Below, piece by piece: positions 39,893 through 50,592 of a stretch of 64,000 nt of DNA. How positions within the stretch are numbered: the first letter of the stretch is position 1; each line of letters begins with the position of its first letter. A program made the translations under genes and the position numbers. The stretch spans positions 192,001-256,000 of the forward strand of contig CAWGKG010000020.1 of assembly GCA_963823035.1 (NCBI GenBank), in the 5' to 3' direction. Under the pieces are notes generated by a model that was given only the letters and a program-made list of their open reading frames with translations, searched no databases and had not been told where the DNA came from. The DNA is from an uncultured Gemmatimonadales bacterium (GTDB taxonomy: Bacteria; Gemmatimonadota; Gemmatimonadetes; Longimicrobiales; Gaopeijiaceae).

Positions 39893-41116
39893 TCAGCGGG
39901 CGCGCGTCTGGAAGATCTCGCCCACCGTGTCGAACATCGACTTCAACTCGTCGTAGTCGGGGTGCTTCATCCGGATCCACGCGTTGGCCATGTAGCTCGA
40001 TTCGACCGGCCGGGTCGGCGTGCCCACGGGTGGGATGTGCGCGTCGATGATCCACTGTCCGAAGCGCCGCCAGACCTCGTCCGCCCCCTCGTAGCCGGCG
40101 ATCACGCCGTCCCGATCGGGTCGCAGCGCGATGATCCCGGCGGAGTAGCGCCGCGAGGACTTCCGCACCGTGCGTCCCCAGCCCACGGCGGTCGCCCACT
40201 CCAGGTGGATGTCGATGTCGTTGGCGATCGAGTAGAGATCCCAGGCCCGCAGGCGCGGGGGGCGGCACGCGATCTCCGAGAAGCGATGTCCCTCCGGGCC
40301 GAAGAACCACTCCAGGTGCGTGGCCGAGGTGTCCACGCCCACCAGGCGGTTCACCTTCCTGCCCATCTCCAGCACGCCCTGGTACCCGGGCGCGGTCTCG
40401 ATGCGGTTGGTGGTGATCAGCTGCGGGGAGATCCAGCGGGTGCGGCGCCCCTCCAGCACGGTCGGGTAGCAGTGGGTGATGAACTCGTGGGCCACGCTCG
40501 CGCCGATCGTGATCGTGTCGTAGAAGGCCTCGTGGCCCTCGTAGAAGGACTCCACCGCCACCTCGCCGCCGCGGCCCACGCCGAAGCGCTCGAAGGTGGC
40601 GAGCAGCTCCTTCACCCCGTCCACGCGGGTGGTGCCTTCCACACCGGCGGCGGCCCGCGGCTTCACCGCCAGCGGGAAGCCGCTCCGCTCGGCGAACGCG
40701 AGGATCTCCTCGGCCGAGTCGCTTCCCAGGGAATCGGCGCAGGGCACGCCGCCGGCGCGAAGGACCTCCTTCATGGCCGGTCGATCGTGGCACAGGCGTG
40801 CCGTCCGGGTGGACGTCCCCGGGATGCCCAGCTCCTCCCGCGCGTAGGCGGTGGCCAGCACGTGGGCCTGAAGGGTCGCCTCGATGCGGTCCACCTTCAG
40901 GTTGTCTCCGATGCGTCGGGTCGCGTCCGCGAGCATCTCGGGGTCGGAGAGCGCGGGAGCCTGTTCGTAGTGGAGGAGCCAGCGGCGCAGCTCGTCGTCG
41001 AGAGAGCTCTCCGGCCGCGAGCCGACTGCCGACACGCGGATACCCGCCTGGGTCAGGGCACGTACGTATTCCCTCTGGCTCGTGGGCACCGCGGGCTCCA
41101 CGAAGACCACGTGCAT
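39893..41116 (-). CDS. ATP-grasp domain protein
   Basis: CHDRPAMKEVL, GFPLAVKP..AAG, ESFYEGHE, HLEWF, FSEIACRPP. Confidence 0.85.
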   Translation of the reverse strand: MHVVFVEPAVPTSQREYVRALTQAGIRVSAVGSRPESSLDDELRRWLLHYEQAPALSDPEMLADATRRIGDNLKVDRIEATLQAHVLATAYAREELGIPGTSTRTARLCHDRPAMKEVLRAGGVPCADSLGSDSAEEILAFAERSGFPLAVKPRAAAGVEGTTRVDGVKELLATFERFGVGRGGEVAVESFYEGHEAFYDTITIGASVAHEFITHCYPTVLEGRRTRWISPQLITTNRIETAPGYQGVLEMGRKVNRLVGVDTSATHLEWFFGPEGHRFSEIACRPPRLRAWDLYSIANDIDIHLEWATAVGWGRTVRKSSRRYSAGIIALRPDRDGVIAGYEGADEVWRRFGQWIIDAHIPPVGTPTRPVESSYMANAWIRMKHPDYDELKSMFDTVGEIFQTRAR

Positions 41117-41340
41117 CGCGTGTCGGCTCCGGAAGTGCGAGGGGGTGGTTCAGGCTCACCCCAAAGGTAAGGCCCCGCGCTCGGCGCGCACGAAGCCGAG
41201 GTGGTAACGAAAACGCTGCTGGCGGCCGTGGGGTCGATTCTCCTGGCCTCCTCCTCCAGTCCGACCCCTCCGCGTCGGCGTGCGACGGTAGGTCGGTCGT
41301 CCCTTCTGGCGGCTGGCCCCGCGCCGTGGCAGGATAGGGC

Positions 41341-42804
41341 ATGCCCGACCCCGTCATGAACATCGTCCATCTCGTCGCCGAGTACTGGCCCTACGCCCGC
41401 ACCGGCGGCCTGGCCGAAGCCGTACGCGGAATCGCGACGCACCAGGCCCGCTCCGGGACCCCTACCTGCGTCTTCATGCCGCTCTACCGGATCGCCCGCG
41501 AGAGGGCCGGCCGCCTGGAGCCGGTGTGCGAGGTGACCGTCCCCCTCGGTATCGGCCCGCAGACGTGCCGCATCATGTCCGCGCCGGACGCCGACGAGGC
41601 GGCCCGCGTCTACTTCGTGGAGCACGACGGTGCCTTCGATCGGCCCGGAATCTACGGGGAGGACGGTGGCGACTACGGTGACAACTACCTGCGCTTCGCG
41701 CTCTTCTCGCGTGCGGTGCTCGAAGCGCTGCCGAAGCTCGTGCCGGACGGCGACATCGTGCTCCATCCGCACGATTGGCACGCGGCGCTCGGTCCCGTCT
41801 TCCTGCGCACCGTATACGCCGGACAGCCCTACTACGACGCCGTGGCGTGTATCCTTTCGGTGCACAACGTGGGCTACCAGGGGCTGTACGGTCCGGACAT
41901 CCTCGGGCCCGTTGGGCTTCCGCCGGAGGTCTACCACTGGAGCACGATGGAGTACTACGGCCAGATCAACTGGCTGAAGGGCGGGCTGGCCTACGCGGAC
42001 TGGGTGACCACCGTGAGCCCGACGCACGCGCACGAGCTGCGCACCCCGGCCGGCGGATTCGGACTGCACGACTTCTTCATCGGGATCGGGGACCGTCTGG
42101 TCGGCATCCTCAACGGGATCGACCAGACGCTCTGGGATCCGTCCGTGGACGAGGAGGCGGTGCGTGCATACTCGCGCGACGACCTCGAGGGCAAGAAGGC
42201 GTGCAAGGCGTGGCTGCAGGAGCTGGCCGGGCTGCCCGTGAAGGCGGAGGTGCCGCTCGTGTGCATGACCGCGCGTCTGGCCAAGCAGAAGGGGTTCGAC
42301 CTCATCCTGGGAGACGGGCTCCTGTACAGACTGCCGGGCGCGCAGTTCATCTTCCTCGGAGAGGGGGATCCCTACTACCAGCAGCAGCTCGAGGAGGTGG
42401 CGCGCAACGTGCCCGACCGCGTGGCCGCCTTCTTCGACTTCACGGAGAAGCGTGAGCATCGCCTGCTACTCGGCGCGGATATCCTGCTCATGCCCTCCCA
42501 GTACGAGCCGTGTGGACTGACGCAGATGCGCGCACAGCGCTACGGGGCGCTGCCCGTGGTGCGGCGCGTCGGCGGGCTCGCCGATACGGTGGAGGACCAG
42601 GAGACCGGCTTCGTCTTCGACGAGTACACGACGAACGCCCTCGAGGTGGCGTTGCGGCGCGCCTTCGCGCTCTACCCCGACCGCACGTCGTGGGAGCGGC
42701 ACATGCGCGAAGCCATGAGCCGGGACTTCGGATGGGCGCGCTCGGCGCAGCGCTACCTCGACCTCTATGAAGCGGCAGTCAAGGCGCACCACAACAGAGA
42801 CTGA
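41341..42804 (+). CDS. glgA: Glycogen synthase (GT5)
   Basis: E.WPYARTGGLA, HPHDWH, SVHN.GYQG, TVSPT.A.E, GILNGID, RLAKQKG, MPSQYEPCGLTQM, VGGLADTV. Confidence 0.93.
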   Translation: MPDPVMNIVHLVAEYWPYARTGGLAEAVRGIATHQARSGTPTCVFMPLYRIARERAGRLEPVCEVTVPLGIGPQTCRIMSAPDADEAARVYFVEHDGAFDRPGIYGEDGGDYGDNYLRFALFSRAVLEALPKLVPDGDIVLHPHDWHAALGPVFLRTVYAGQPYYDAVACILSVHNVGYQGLYGPDILGPVGLPPEVYHWSTMEYYGQINWLKGGLAYADWVTTVSPTHAHELRTPAGGFGLHDFFIGIGDRLVGILNGIDQTLWDPSVDEEAVRAYSRDDLEGKKACKAWLQELAGLPVKAEVPLVCMTARLAKQKGFDLILGDGLLYRLPGAQFIFLGEGDPYYQQQLEEVARNVPDRVAAFFDFTEKREHRLLLGADILLMPSQYEPCGLTQMRAQRYGALPVVRRVGGLADTVEDQETGFVFDEYTTNALEVALRRAFALYPDRTSWERHMREAMSRDFGWARSAQRYLDLYEAAVKAHHNRD

Positions 42805-42805
42805 C

Positions 42806-44891
42806 ATGGACGTGTCCCGCTCCCATCTTCTCGCCGCGCTCGCGCTGGGTCTCGCCTGCGCGGCTTGCGGCGGCGAATCCAACGGTTCGGGGTCCGGCAT
42901 CACGGGCGACTGGGACTACTATCGCATGCTCGGCGCCGCAGCCGAGCGGCGGATTCGAGGCGCGCCGCCGCTTCGGCTACGCGCACTTCGCCGAAGGCGC
43001 CGCCGAGGGAAGCTGGCTCCGTCGCCGTCGGGGTGACGCGCTCGAGGAGGTGCGGAGCGTCCGCTGTCCACGGCGACTCGCTCTTCGTCGACTTCGCGAG
43101 CGGCGCCGCGCTCGAAGGCGTGGTACGTGGCGACACCGTCTCGGGGCACCTCCTGCGCGGGGGTGAGCCGGCCGACAGGGTCTGGCTGGTCCGGCGGACG
43201 GAGCCGCCCGTGTGGGAGCCGTACTATCCGTTGTGGAGCGGACCCGTGTCGGATTCGACCTACGCGGTGACCATCGACCCGGCGGTGCCCATGACCGCCC
43301 GTGACGGCACCACGCTCATGAGCTTCGTCGGCCGCCCGGTCGGGCGACGGGCCGTTCGGCGTGGTGATGGAGCGTACGCCCTACCTGCGCATCGACACGG
43401 CGAACGCGGTGTTCTGGGCAGCGCGCGGCTACATCTACGTGAAGCAGGACGTGCGCGGCCGCGGCGGCTCGGGCGGCGTCCTGGACATGAACGCGATGCA
43501 GGAGCAGGACGGCTACGACGCCGTCGAGTGGGCCGGTACGCTCCCGGGGAGCAACGGGAAGGTCGGCATGATCGGCCGCTCCAACCCGGGGCTGTACACC
43601 TGGTACGCCGCGATCGCCCGCCCGCCGCACCTGGCCGCGATCGCGCCGGTGGTCGCCACGGCCGACCCCATCCGGCTGGTGCCCTACATCGACATGGTGT
43701 TCTCGCCGACCATCGTGCCGTGGCTCTGCTACACCGCGGTGAAGGAGACGCTCACGGACCTGGGCCAGGTCGACGAGGTCGAGGCGTTCAACCACCTGCC
43801 CGTGATCGACGCGGCGGAGATGGCCGGGTGCCCACGCCGGCAGTTCTGGGACGACTGGTTCGACCACCAGCAACTCGACGACTACTGGCGTGGGCTGTCG
43901 ATCGAGGCACGTCTGGATCGCGTGAACGTGCCCGTGCTCGGCATTGCGGGGTGGTACGACGACGCGCGCGGCACGATCCGCAACTTCTCCGTGATGGAGA
44001 AGCTGGCGGACCACCCGCCGCTGCGCGTCGTGATGGACCCGGGAGCCCACAAGGGCATCGACTACGTGAACGGGGACTTCGGTCCGCAGGCGCGCTTGGA
44101 CCACCGCGCGCTCCAGCTGCGCTGGTTCGACCGGTGGCTGAAGGGTATCGAGAACGGCGTGGATACCGAGCCCACGCTCGACCTCTTCATCATGGGCGAC
44201 GACACGTGGCGGCAGGAGACTGAGTGGCCGCTCGCGCGGACCGAGTGGACGGACTTCTACCTGCACTCGGCGGGTGACGCCAACACCACGGCCGGCGACG
44301 GCACGCTCGACACGACGGCTCCGGGGAGCGAGCCGTCGGACGCCTACACGTACGACCCGGGCGACCCGACGCCCTACCTCGTGGACGCGCGGGAGCTCGA
44401 GCTGAACCTCAACGAGGACTACGCCGACCTGCACGCCGCGCGCGGCGACGTGCTCGCCTACACGACAGCGCCGCTCGAGCACGACACCGAGATCACCGGA
44501 CCGATGTCGGCCACGCTGTGGGCCGCCACCGACGCGCGCGACACCGACTGGAACGTGATGCTGCTGCACGTCTGGCCGGACGGGCGCGCGCTTCGCGTCC
44601 AGGACGGCGTGATGCGGGCGCGCTTCCGCGACGGCTTCGACCGGCCGTCGCCGCTCATGTCCGGGGAAGGCGTACCGTTACGACATCGACCTCTGGTTCA
44701 CGGGGATCGTGATCCCGGCCGGCCATCGTCTGCGCGTGGTCGTGTCGTCCGCCGCCTTCCCGAAGTACGACCGCAACCTGAACACCGGCGGGGACAACGA
44801 GCGGGACACGGCGTACGTCGCCGCGCACCAGACCGTGTTCCACGACGCGGAGCACCCCTCGCACGTGACGCTGCCGATCATTCCACGGTAG
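42806..44891 (+). CDS. CocE/NonD family serine hydrolase, probable lipoprotein (several frameshifts)
   Basis: Lipobox-like ACAAC, MTARDG..L, RTPY, QDVRGRGGS.G, GRSNPG, GWYD, PepX_C region (YTYDP..P, FPKYDRNLNTG). Confidence 0.85.
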
Positions 44892-44902
44892 GTCCGACGC
44901 TT

Positions 44903-47563
44903 CTAGCGAAGCACGCTGTTCGCGGCCACCCGCGTCGCCCGCAGGACCGGGCCGACCAGGGCGACCGCGGCCGCGGCGACGAGCACCGCCGCCGCCCCGG
45001 TCAGGGCGATGGGATCGACGGGCGACACGCCGAACAGGAGGGAGCGGAGCGCGTGGCCGACGAGGGCCACGCCCGCGCCCCCGACGCACAGTCCGGCCCC
45101 GAGCCACAGCGCGCCGCGCCCCACCAGCAGCCACGCGATCCGGCGTGGGCTCGACCCGAGAGCGAGCCGCACGCCGAGCTCGCGTTCCCCGGCCGCTACC
45201 ATGTTCGCGAAGAGGGCGTAGACGCCCATGGAGGCGAGCAGGAGGGTGAGCGCGGCGAAGCCGCCGATCAGCAGCGTCGGGAGCCGGCGTCCCTGCAGGC
45301 CGCGAGCCACCGACGCGCTCAACGGGGTGGCGTCCGCCATCGGCACGCCTGGATCGAGGGCGGTGAGCACGCGTCGGAAGGGCTCGATCAGCCGGGTCGC
45401 ATCGCCCTCCGTGCGGACCACGTACGCACGGCTCGTCCGCAGCGCGTCCTGGCGATCGGACCCGTAGGCCATCGGCTCTCCCGAGGCGAGCGTGGGATCG
45501 TTCCGGACATCGCCCACCACGCCGACGACTACGGCCCATGGCGTCGACGGGCCCGAGCCGATGCGAACCCGTGCGCCGACGGCGTCCCCTGCGGGCCACC
45601 AGCGCCGGGCCACCCCCTCGCTGACGACGATCGCCCGGGACGCGTCGGCACCGTCCCGCGTGTCGAAGGTGCGTCCTTCGACGACGGGGATGCGCATCGC
45701 CCGGAAGTAGGCGTCCGAGACCGTGGCGAAGGCCACGGACGGCGGGCTCTCCCCGTCGGGCCGCACCCGTCCCTGGAGGGTCAGCTCGTCGCGGCGCATC
45801 GCGGGGCTCGGGAGGGCGCTGGTGCTCGCGACCGTCGACACGCCCGGCAGGGCGCCCACGCCGTCGAGGAGCTCCCGGAAGAAGCGGGCGCGGGCCCCAT
45901 CGGTCGCGGGTACCGGACCCTTCACCGACACGGCCAGCACGCCGGTCGGATCGTACCCGAGCGGGGCCGTGCCCATCGTTCGGAGGCTGCGGGCCAGGAG
46001 GCCCGCTCCCGCGAGAAGGCTCAGGCTGAGCGCGATCTGCGTCGCGACCAGCAACCCGCGCAGCCGCCGGGCCCCGCGCCCCTCCCCGGCCAGGTCGCCG
46101 GAGCCGCGCAACGTGCGCTGAACGTCCGCGCGCCCGGCCGTGACGGCCGGTGCGATGCCGACCGCGGCCGTGGCGGCCAGAGCGACGACGGCCATCGCCA
46201 CGAACACACCGGCATCGAGGTCGAGGTCGGCGTACGCGGGGAGGGTACCGGGAGGGAGTCGGCGCAGGGCGGCCATCGCGGCGCCCGCGATGCCCGATCC
46301 GGCGGTCGCGCCGGCCACCGCGAGGAGTCCGCACTCCGTCAGGAGCTGTCGCGCCAGCCGGCCCCGGCCGGCGCCAAGCGCCACGCGTGTGGCCAGCTCA
46401 CCTCGCCGCGAGACCGTCCGGGACAGTATCGCGCCAGCGAGGTTGACGCAGGCCGCGATCAGGACGAGCGCGGCGCTCGCCATGAGCACCAGCAAGGGGA
46501 GCCGGGTGTCGCCGACCATCGCCTCGCGGATGGGGACGAGCGTCGCGGTGTGCCCGGCGTCCGAAGCCGGATGCTCGCGTCCCAGCTCCGCCGTGATCGT
46601 CGCGAGCTCCCTCTGGGCGGCCGACACCGTCACCCCGTCGCGCAGGCGGGCGACGGCACCGAGCGACCGGGAGCTCCGTGCGCGTTCCGGGTCTCTCAGG
46701 GCCCCTTCGATGCCCATTCCGAACCACACGTCGGCACGCCCCACGGGGCCGACGAAGTCGCGGGGGAGCACGCCGATGATCGCATACGGCTGTCGGTCGA
46801 CGACGAGGGTGCGGCCGACGACGCCTTCGTCCGCGCCGAACGCGTTCCGCCAGGTGGCCCAGTCCAGGAGCGCAACCGGCGCCTCGCTCTCGACGTCCTC
46901 CGGGGAGAAGGCACGGCCGAGCACCGGCTCGACGCCCAGCGTCGGAAAGAAGCCGGGCCCTGCGAGGGCGGCCGTGAGGACGTGGGGCTCGCCGGCACCC
47001 TGGTGGACCACGTCGTAGGTCGCCGGGAAGAAGACGCCGATCGCCTCGAGCGAGCGCGCTCGCTCGCGGTAGTCGCGGATCGCGCCGGCGCTCAGGGAGG
47101 TCCGCTCCACGGTGCCGTCGACGGAGCGTCCGTACAGGCGCGCGATCCTCCCGGAGTCCCGGTAGGGAAGCGCATCCAGAAGCGTCGACTTCACCACGCC
47201 GAAGACGGCCGCGTTCGCGCCGATGCCGAGCGCGAGGGTGGCCACGGCCAGGCCGGTGAACAGCGGTGCGCGAATCGCCGAACGGATCGCGAATCGAACG
47301 TCCCCCCGGAGGTCGTCGAGCCACACCTGCCGACGCCGGGCTCGTCGCTCCGCCGCGAGCAGGCGGACGCACTCCCCACGCACGTGCCCCACGTCTCCGA
47401 AGCGCTCCCTCGCGGCCCGGCCGGCGGCTGCCTCGTCGAGACCGCGCTCCATGTAGTCGCGCGCGCGCCGCTGGAGGTGGAAGCGCAGCTCTTCGTCCAC
47501 CTCCCGGCGGGGGTCCCGCGAGAGGATCGAGCGCAGCGCCCGGAGGCTCCCGCGGAGGCTCAC
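44903..47563 (-). CDS. ADOP-type duplicated MacB/FtsX-like ABC permease
   Basis: EVDEELRFH, TLALGIGANAAVF, LIAACVNLA, E...R.ALGA twice. Confidence 0.9.
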   Translation of the reverse strand: MSLRGSLRALRSILSRDPRREVDEELRFHLQRRARDYMERGLDEAAAGRAARERFGDVGHVRGECVRLLAAERRARRRQVWLDDLRGDVRFAIRSAIRAPLFTGLAVATLALGIGANAAVFGVVKSTLLDALPYRDSGRIARLYGRSVDGTVERTSLSAGAIRDYRERARSLEAIGVFFPATYDVVHQGAGEPHVLTAALAGPGFFPTLGVEPVLGRAFSPEDVESEAPVALLDWATWRNAFGADEGVVGRTLVVDRQPYAIIGVLPRDFVGPVGRADVWFGMGIEGALRDPERARSSRSLGAVARLRDGVTVSAAQRELATITAELGREHPASDAGHTATLVPIREAMVGDTRLPLLVLMASAALVLIAACVNLAGAILSRTVSRRGELATRVALGAGRGRLARQLLTECGLLAVAGATAGSGIAGAAMAALRRLPPGTLPAYADLDLDAGVFVAMAVVALAATAAVGIAPAVTAGRADVQRTLRGSGDLAGEGRGARRLRGLLVATQIALSLSLLAGAGLLARSLRTMGTAPLGYDPTGVLAVSVKGPVPATDGARARFFRELLDGVGALPGVSTVASTSALPSPAMRRDELTLQGRVRPDGESPPSVAFATVSDAYFRAMRIPVVEGRTFDTRDGADASRAIVVSEGVARRWWPAGDAVGARVRIGSGPSTPWAVVVGVVGDVRNDPTLASGEPMAYGSDRQDALRTSRAYVVRTEGDATRLIEPFRRVLTALDPGVPMADATPLSASVARGLQGRRLPTLLIGGFAALTLLLASMGVYALFANMVAAGERELGVRLALGSSPRRIAWLLVGRGALWLGAGLCVGGAGVALVGHALRSLLFGVSPVDPIALTGAAAVLVAAAAVALVGPVLRATRVAANSVLR

Positions 47564-47913
47564 GTCGCCCGGTCCGGGGCTTCGGTCGTGGTCACCGCGT
47601 GACTCACGGCCGCGGCAAGCCGTTTCCACCCGGAGCTCTGCTCGGTGAGCTGCCGCCGGCCCTCGGGGGTGAGCTCGTAGTACTTGGCGCGGCGGTTGTT
47701 CTCGGAGGTTCCCCACTCGGCCTCGAGCCAGCCCTTGCGGGCCATGCGGTAGAGCGCCGGGTAGAGCGAGCCCTCTTCGACCCTGAGAACGTCTCCGGTC
47801 GTGCGCTCGATCCAGTGGGCGATCCCGTACCCGTGCATGGGCCCCCAGGACAGGGTCTTCAAGACGAGGAGCTCGAGCGTGCCCTGGAGCAGCTTCGAGT
47901 CATGGGCGAACAC
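47560..47913 (-). CDS. PadR family transcriptional regulator (ADOP-associated type)
   Basis: LLQGTLELLVLKTL..GPMHGYGI...EEGSLYPALYR...WG.SENNRRAKYY. Confidence 0.93.
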   Translation of the reverse strand: MFAHDSKLLQGTLELLVLKTLSWGPMHGYGIAHWIERTTGDVLRVEEGSLYPALYRMARKGWLEAEWGTSENNRRAKYYELTPEGRRQLTEQSSGWKRLAAAVSHAVTTTEAPDRAT

Positions 47914-47937
47914 CGCGGCCTCCGGCTCCGGGGGGAT

Positions 47938-47999
47938 CTTCCTATGCACATCTATGGAAGCCCAGGGTAGCACGCTTCCCCTCGATGCGCCAGGGGAAG
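47938..47999. promoter_or_regulatory. Two related inverted repeats upstream of padR (operator candidates)
   Basis: CTTCCTATGCACATCTATGGAAG (47938-47960) and CTTCCCCTCGATGCGCCAGGGGAAG (47975-47999). Confidence 0.6.
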
Positions 48000-48004
48000 G
48001 GGAG

Positions 48005-50515
48005 CTACTCGGTCCGCAGCGCGACCAGGGCGTCCAGCCGCGCCGCACGCAGCGCCGGCAACAGCCCCGCCGCCACGGCCACGGCCAGCATCACGGCCGC
48101 CGTGGCCGCGATGGCCGCGGGGCTCGTGGGCGCCACACCGTAGAGGAGGCTGCCGACGAGGGGCGCTCCGGCGACGGCCGCGGGCACGCCCACCGCCAAC
48201 CCGATCGCCGCGAGCACGACCACCTGGCGGAGCACCATCCACAGGATCTGGCCCGGCCTCGCCCCCACGGCCACCCGCACGCCGATCTCGCTCGTCCGTC
48301 GGGTCACCGAGTACGAGGTGACCCCGTGCAGCCCGATGCTCGCGAGGAGCAGGGCGAAGGCGCCGAAGAGCGTCAGGAGCTGCGTGAACACGCGCTCCTT
48401 GGCGCCGGTCTGGGCGATGATCTCCGTCTGAGCGCGGATCCGTGGCACCGGGATGTCGGGATCGATCTCCGTGACCGCTTCGCGCAGCGGCCCCTCGAGG
48501 CGCGCGAGCGGGACATCGGTGCGCAGGAAGACGTGGTAGCCGCCCCACGCCGAGCGCTGGAACGCCGACTCGTAGACCGTGGAGGGGACGGGGTCACGCC
48601 GGTTGCGGTAGGGCATGTCGTTGACCACCCCCACGATCTGGACGTCTTGGCCGCTGGTGCGGAGCGTCCGGCCGATCGGTGACGTGCCGCCGAAGATCTC
48701 CCGGACGGCGGCTTGGTTCACCACGCCGACCGGAGGGGCGTCCGGGCCGTCCTGGAAGCCCGGCATGCGCCCCTCCAGCAGTCGGGCGCCCATCGTCTCC
48801 AGAAAGGCCGGCCCGATGCCGTTCCGGTACAGGGCGACTTGCTTGCCGTCCACGTCGACGGAGGTGTTCGAGACGATTCCGCTCATGGGCGCGTTCTCGA
48901 CCAGCGTGACCGTGCGCACGCCGGGCACGCGCTGGATACGCGCGATGAGCTCCTGGTAGAGACGCGGATACTCCTCTTCCCTCAGATGCGTGTAGCCCGG
49001 ATCCACCTGGAAGGAGACGATGCCATGGGGATCGAAGCCGAGCTGCACGCTGCCCAGGTTCGCCACCGTACGCAGGAAGAGGACGGCGCCGAGCACCAGC
49101 GGCACGGATACGGCGATCTGTACGGCGATGAGAAGACGACCCGCGGTGAGGCGGGGCGTGGAGCCGCCCCCGCCCCGCTGCTTGAGCCATCCGATGGGGT
49201 CGAGGCCGGACAACCGGAGGGCGGGAAGGAGCCCGAACGCCAACGTCGCGACGATGGCGAGCGCGGCGCTGAGCCCGAGCACCTGCGGGTCCAGGCTCAC
49301 CTGCATGTCGAGGTCGCCGAACGCACCGGAGCCCAGGCTGCCGGTGAGGAGGTTCCGCAGCGCCTTGCGCCCGACCAGGGTGAGCGCGAGGCCGGCCACC
49401 GTACCGGCGGTTGCGAGCAAGACCGCCTCCAGCAGCGTCTGGCGCATGAGGCGCGCGCGACCTCCGCCGAGGGCGCGGCGAACGGCCATCTCCCGCTGGC
49501 GGCTCACGCCGCGGGCCAACATCAGGCTCGCGAGGTTCACGCAGGCGATCAGGAGCACGATGCCGACGACGCCGAGGAGGAAGTAGAGCAACCGTGCCGT
49601 CTCCGCCCGCACGGGCTGTGCGCCCTGCGACCCGTCGATGAGGCGCAACTCGGGAAGATGGCCGTCTTCGGCGACCAGCGGCGACGGCACCGCGCGCATC
49701 GCTGCGGCGAGTGTCTGCTGAGCGCTCGCTTCCGAGGTCCCCGTCGGAACGCGAGCCATCAGACGGAGCCAGAACGTGTCGTCCGACGTGAAGAGGGATT
49801 CGTCGTCCGTCAGCCGACGGTAGACCGTCGGCTGTGCGGACACGGGCACCGTGATCTCCGTCTGCGGGAAGAAGCCGCCCAGGGAGAGGCCCTTGAACCC
49901 CTCCGCGGTGACGCCCACGACCTCGGCGCCGACGCCGTTGATGCGGACCGTGCGGCCCACGATGGAGGGGTCGCCGCCGAACGCCCTCATCCAGAAGGCG
50001 TGGCTGAGCACCGCGACGAGGGGCGCGTCGAGCGCGTTGTCGGTGGGAAGGATCGGGCGCCCGAGCGCCATGCGCGCCCTCAGCAACGGGAAGTACCCGC
50101 CGTCCGCCAATGCGCCACCGGCGGCCAGGGCGGGCTGGTCGCCCACGGCCACGCTGACGCCCCGGAGGAAGGCGAACGCGAAGACCCCGACCCCGGGCGG
50201 CGCGGCGTCGCGCAGGGCCTGGTAGATGGGGTAGGTGAAGTTGCTACGCAGTGACGCGCCCGTCGCGGGATCGCGGTAGTTGGTGGATCCCGTGTTGTTG
50301 ATGCGGTAGTCGCCGTCACGGCTCCACGCGAGGAGCTTCAGCTCCTGCGGCTTCTCGACCGGGAGAGGCGTGAGCAGCAGGGTGCGCACGACGCCGAACA
50401 TGGCCGCGTTCGCACCGATGCCGATCGCGAGCGAGAGAACCGCCACCAGCGTGAAGCCGGGGCTACGACGCAGCACCCGCAAGGCGTACCGGAGATCCTG
50501 ACCCAGACCCGACAT
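48005..50515 (-). CDS. ADOP-type duplicated ABC permease
   Basis: QDLRYALRVLRRSPGF...SLAIGIGAN, LLIACVNLA, RTSEIGVRVAVGA, D.LVALRTE. Confidence 0.92.
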   Translation of the reverse strand: MSGLGQDLRYALRVLRRSPGFTLVAVLSLAIGIGANAAMFGVVRTLLLTPLPVEKPQELKLLAWSRDGDYRINNTGSTNYRDPATGASLRSNFTYPIYQALRDAAPPGVGVFAFAFLRGVSVAVGDQPALAAGGALADGGYFPLLRARMALGRPILPTDNALDAPLVAVLSHAFWMRAFGGDPSIVGRTVRINGVGAEVVGVTAEGFKGLSLGGFFPQTEITVPVSAQPTVYRRLTDDESLFTSDDTFWLRLMARVPTGTSEASAQQTLAAAMRAVPSPLVAEDGHLPELRLIDGSQGAQPVRAETARLLYFLLGVVGIVLLIACVNLASLMLARGVSRQREMAVRRALGGGRARLMRQTLLEAVLLATAGTVAGLALTLVGRKALRNLLTGSLGSGAFGDLDMQVSLDPQVLGLSAALAIVATLAFGLLPALRLSGLDPIGWLKQRGGGGSTPRLTAGRLLIAVQIAVSVPLVLGAVLFLRTVANLGSVQLGFDPHGIVSFQVDPGYTHLREEEYPRLYQELIARIQRVPGVRTVTLVENAPMSGIVSNTSVDVDGKQVALYRNGIGPAFLETMGARLLEGRMPGFQDGPDAPPVGVVNQAAVREIFGGTSPIGRTLRTSGQDVQIVGVVNDMPYRNRRDPVPSTVYESAFQRSAWGGYHVFLRTDVPLARLEGPLREAVTEIDPDIPVPRIRAQTEIIAQTGAKERVFTQLLTLFGAFALLLASIGLHGVTSYSVTRRTSEIGVRVAVGARPGQILWMVLRQVVVLAAIGLAVGVPAAVAGAPLVGSLLYGVAPTSPAAIAATAAVMLAVAVAAGLLPALRAARLDALVALRTE

Positions 50516-50592
50516 GCGCGCTCCTCTCCCGGAGAGACTCTGTCGTTGGGACAGGAGTGGGGCCTTGCGGGTTGCAGGCGGCTGCTTCGGAA

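Noticed and set aside
43361..47602. 1413-aa apparent giant CocE fusion
   Set aside because: A frameshift near 44670 lets the frame run into the antisense strand of the ADOP permease; the true C-terminus is in 44709-44891
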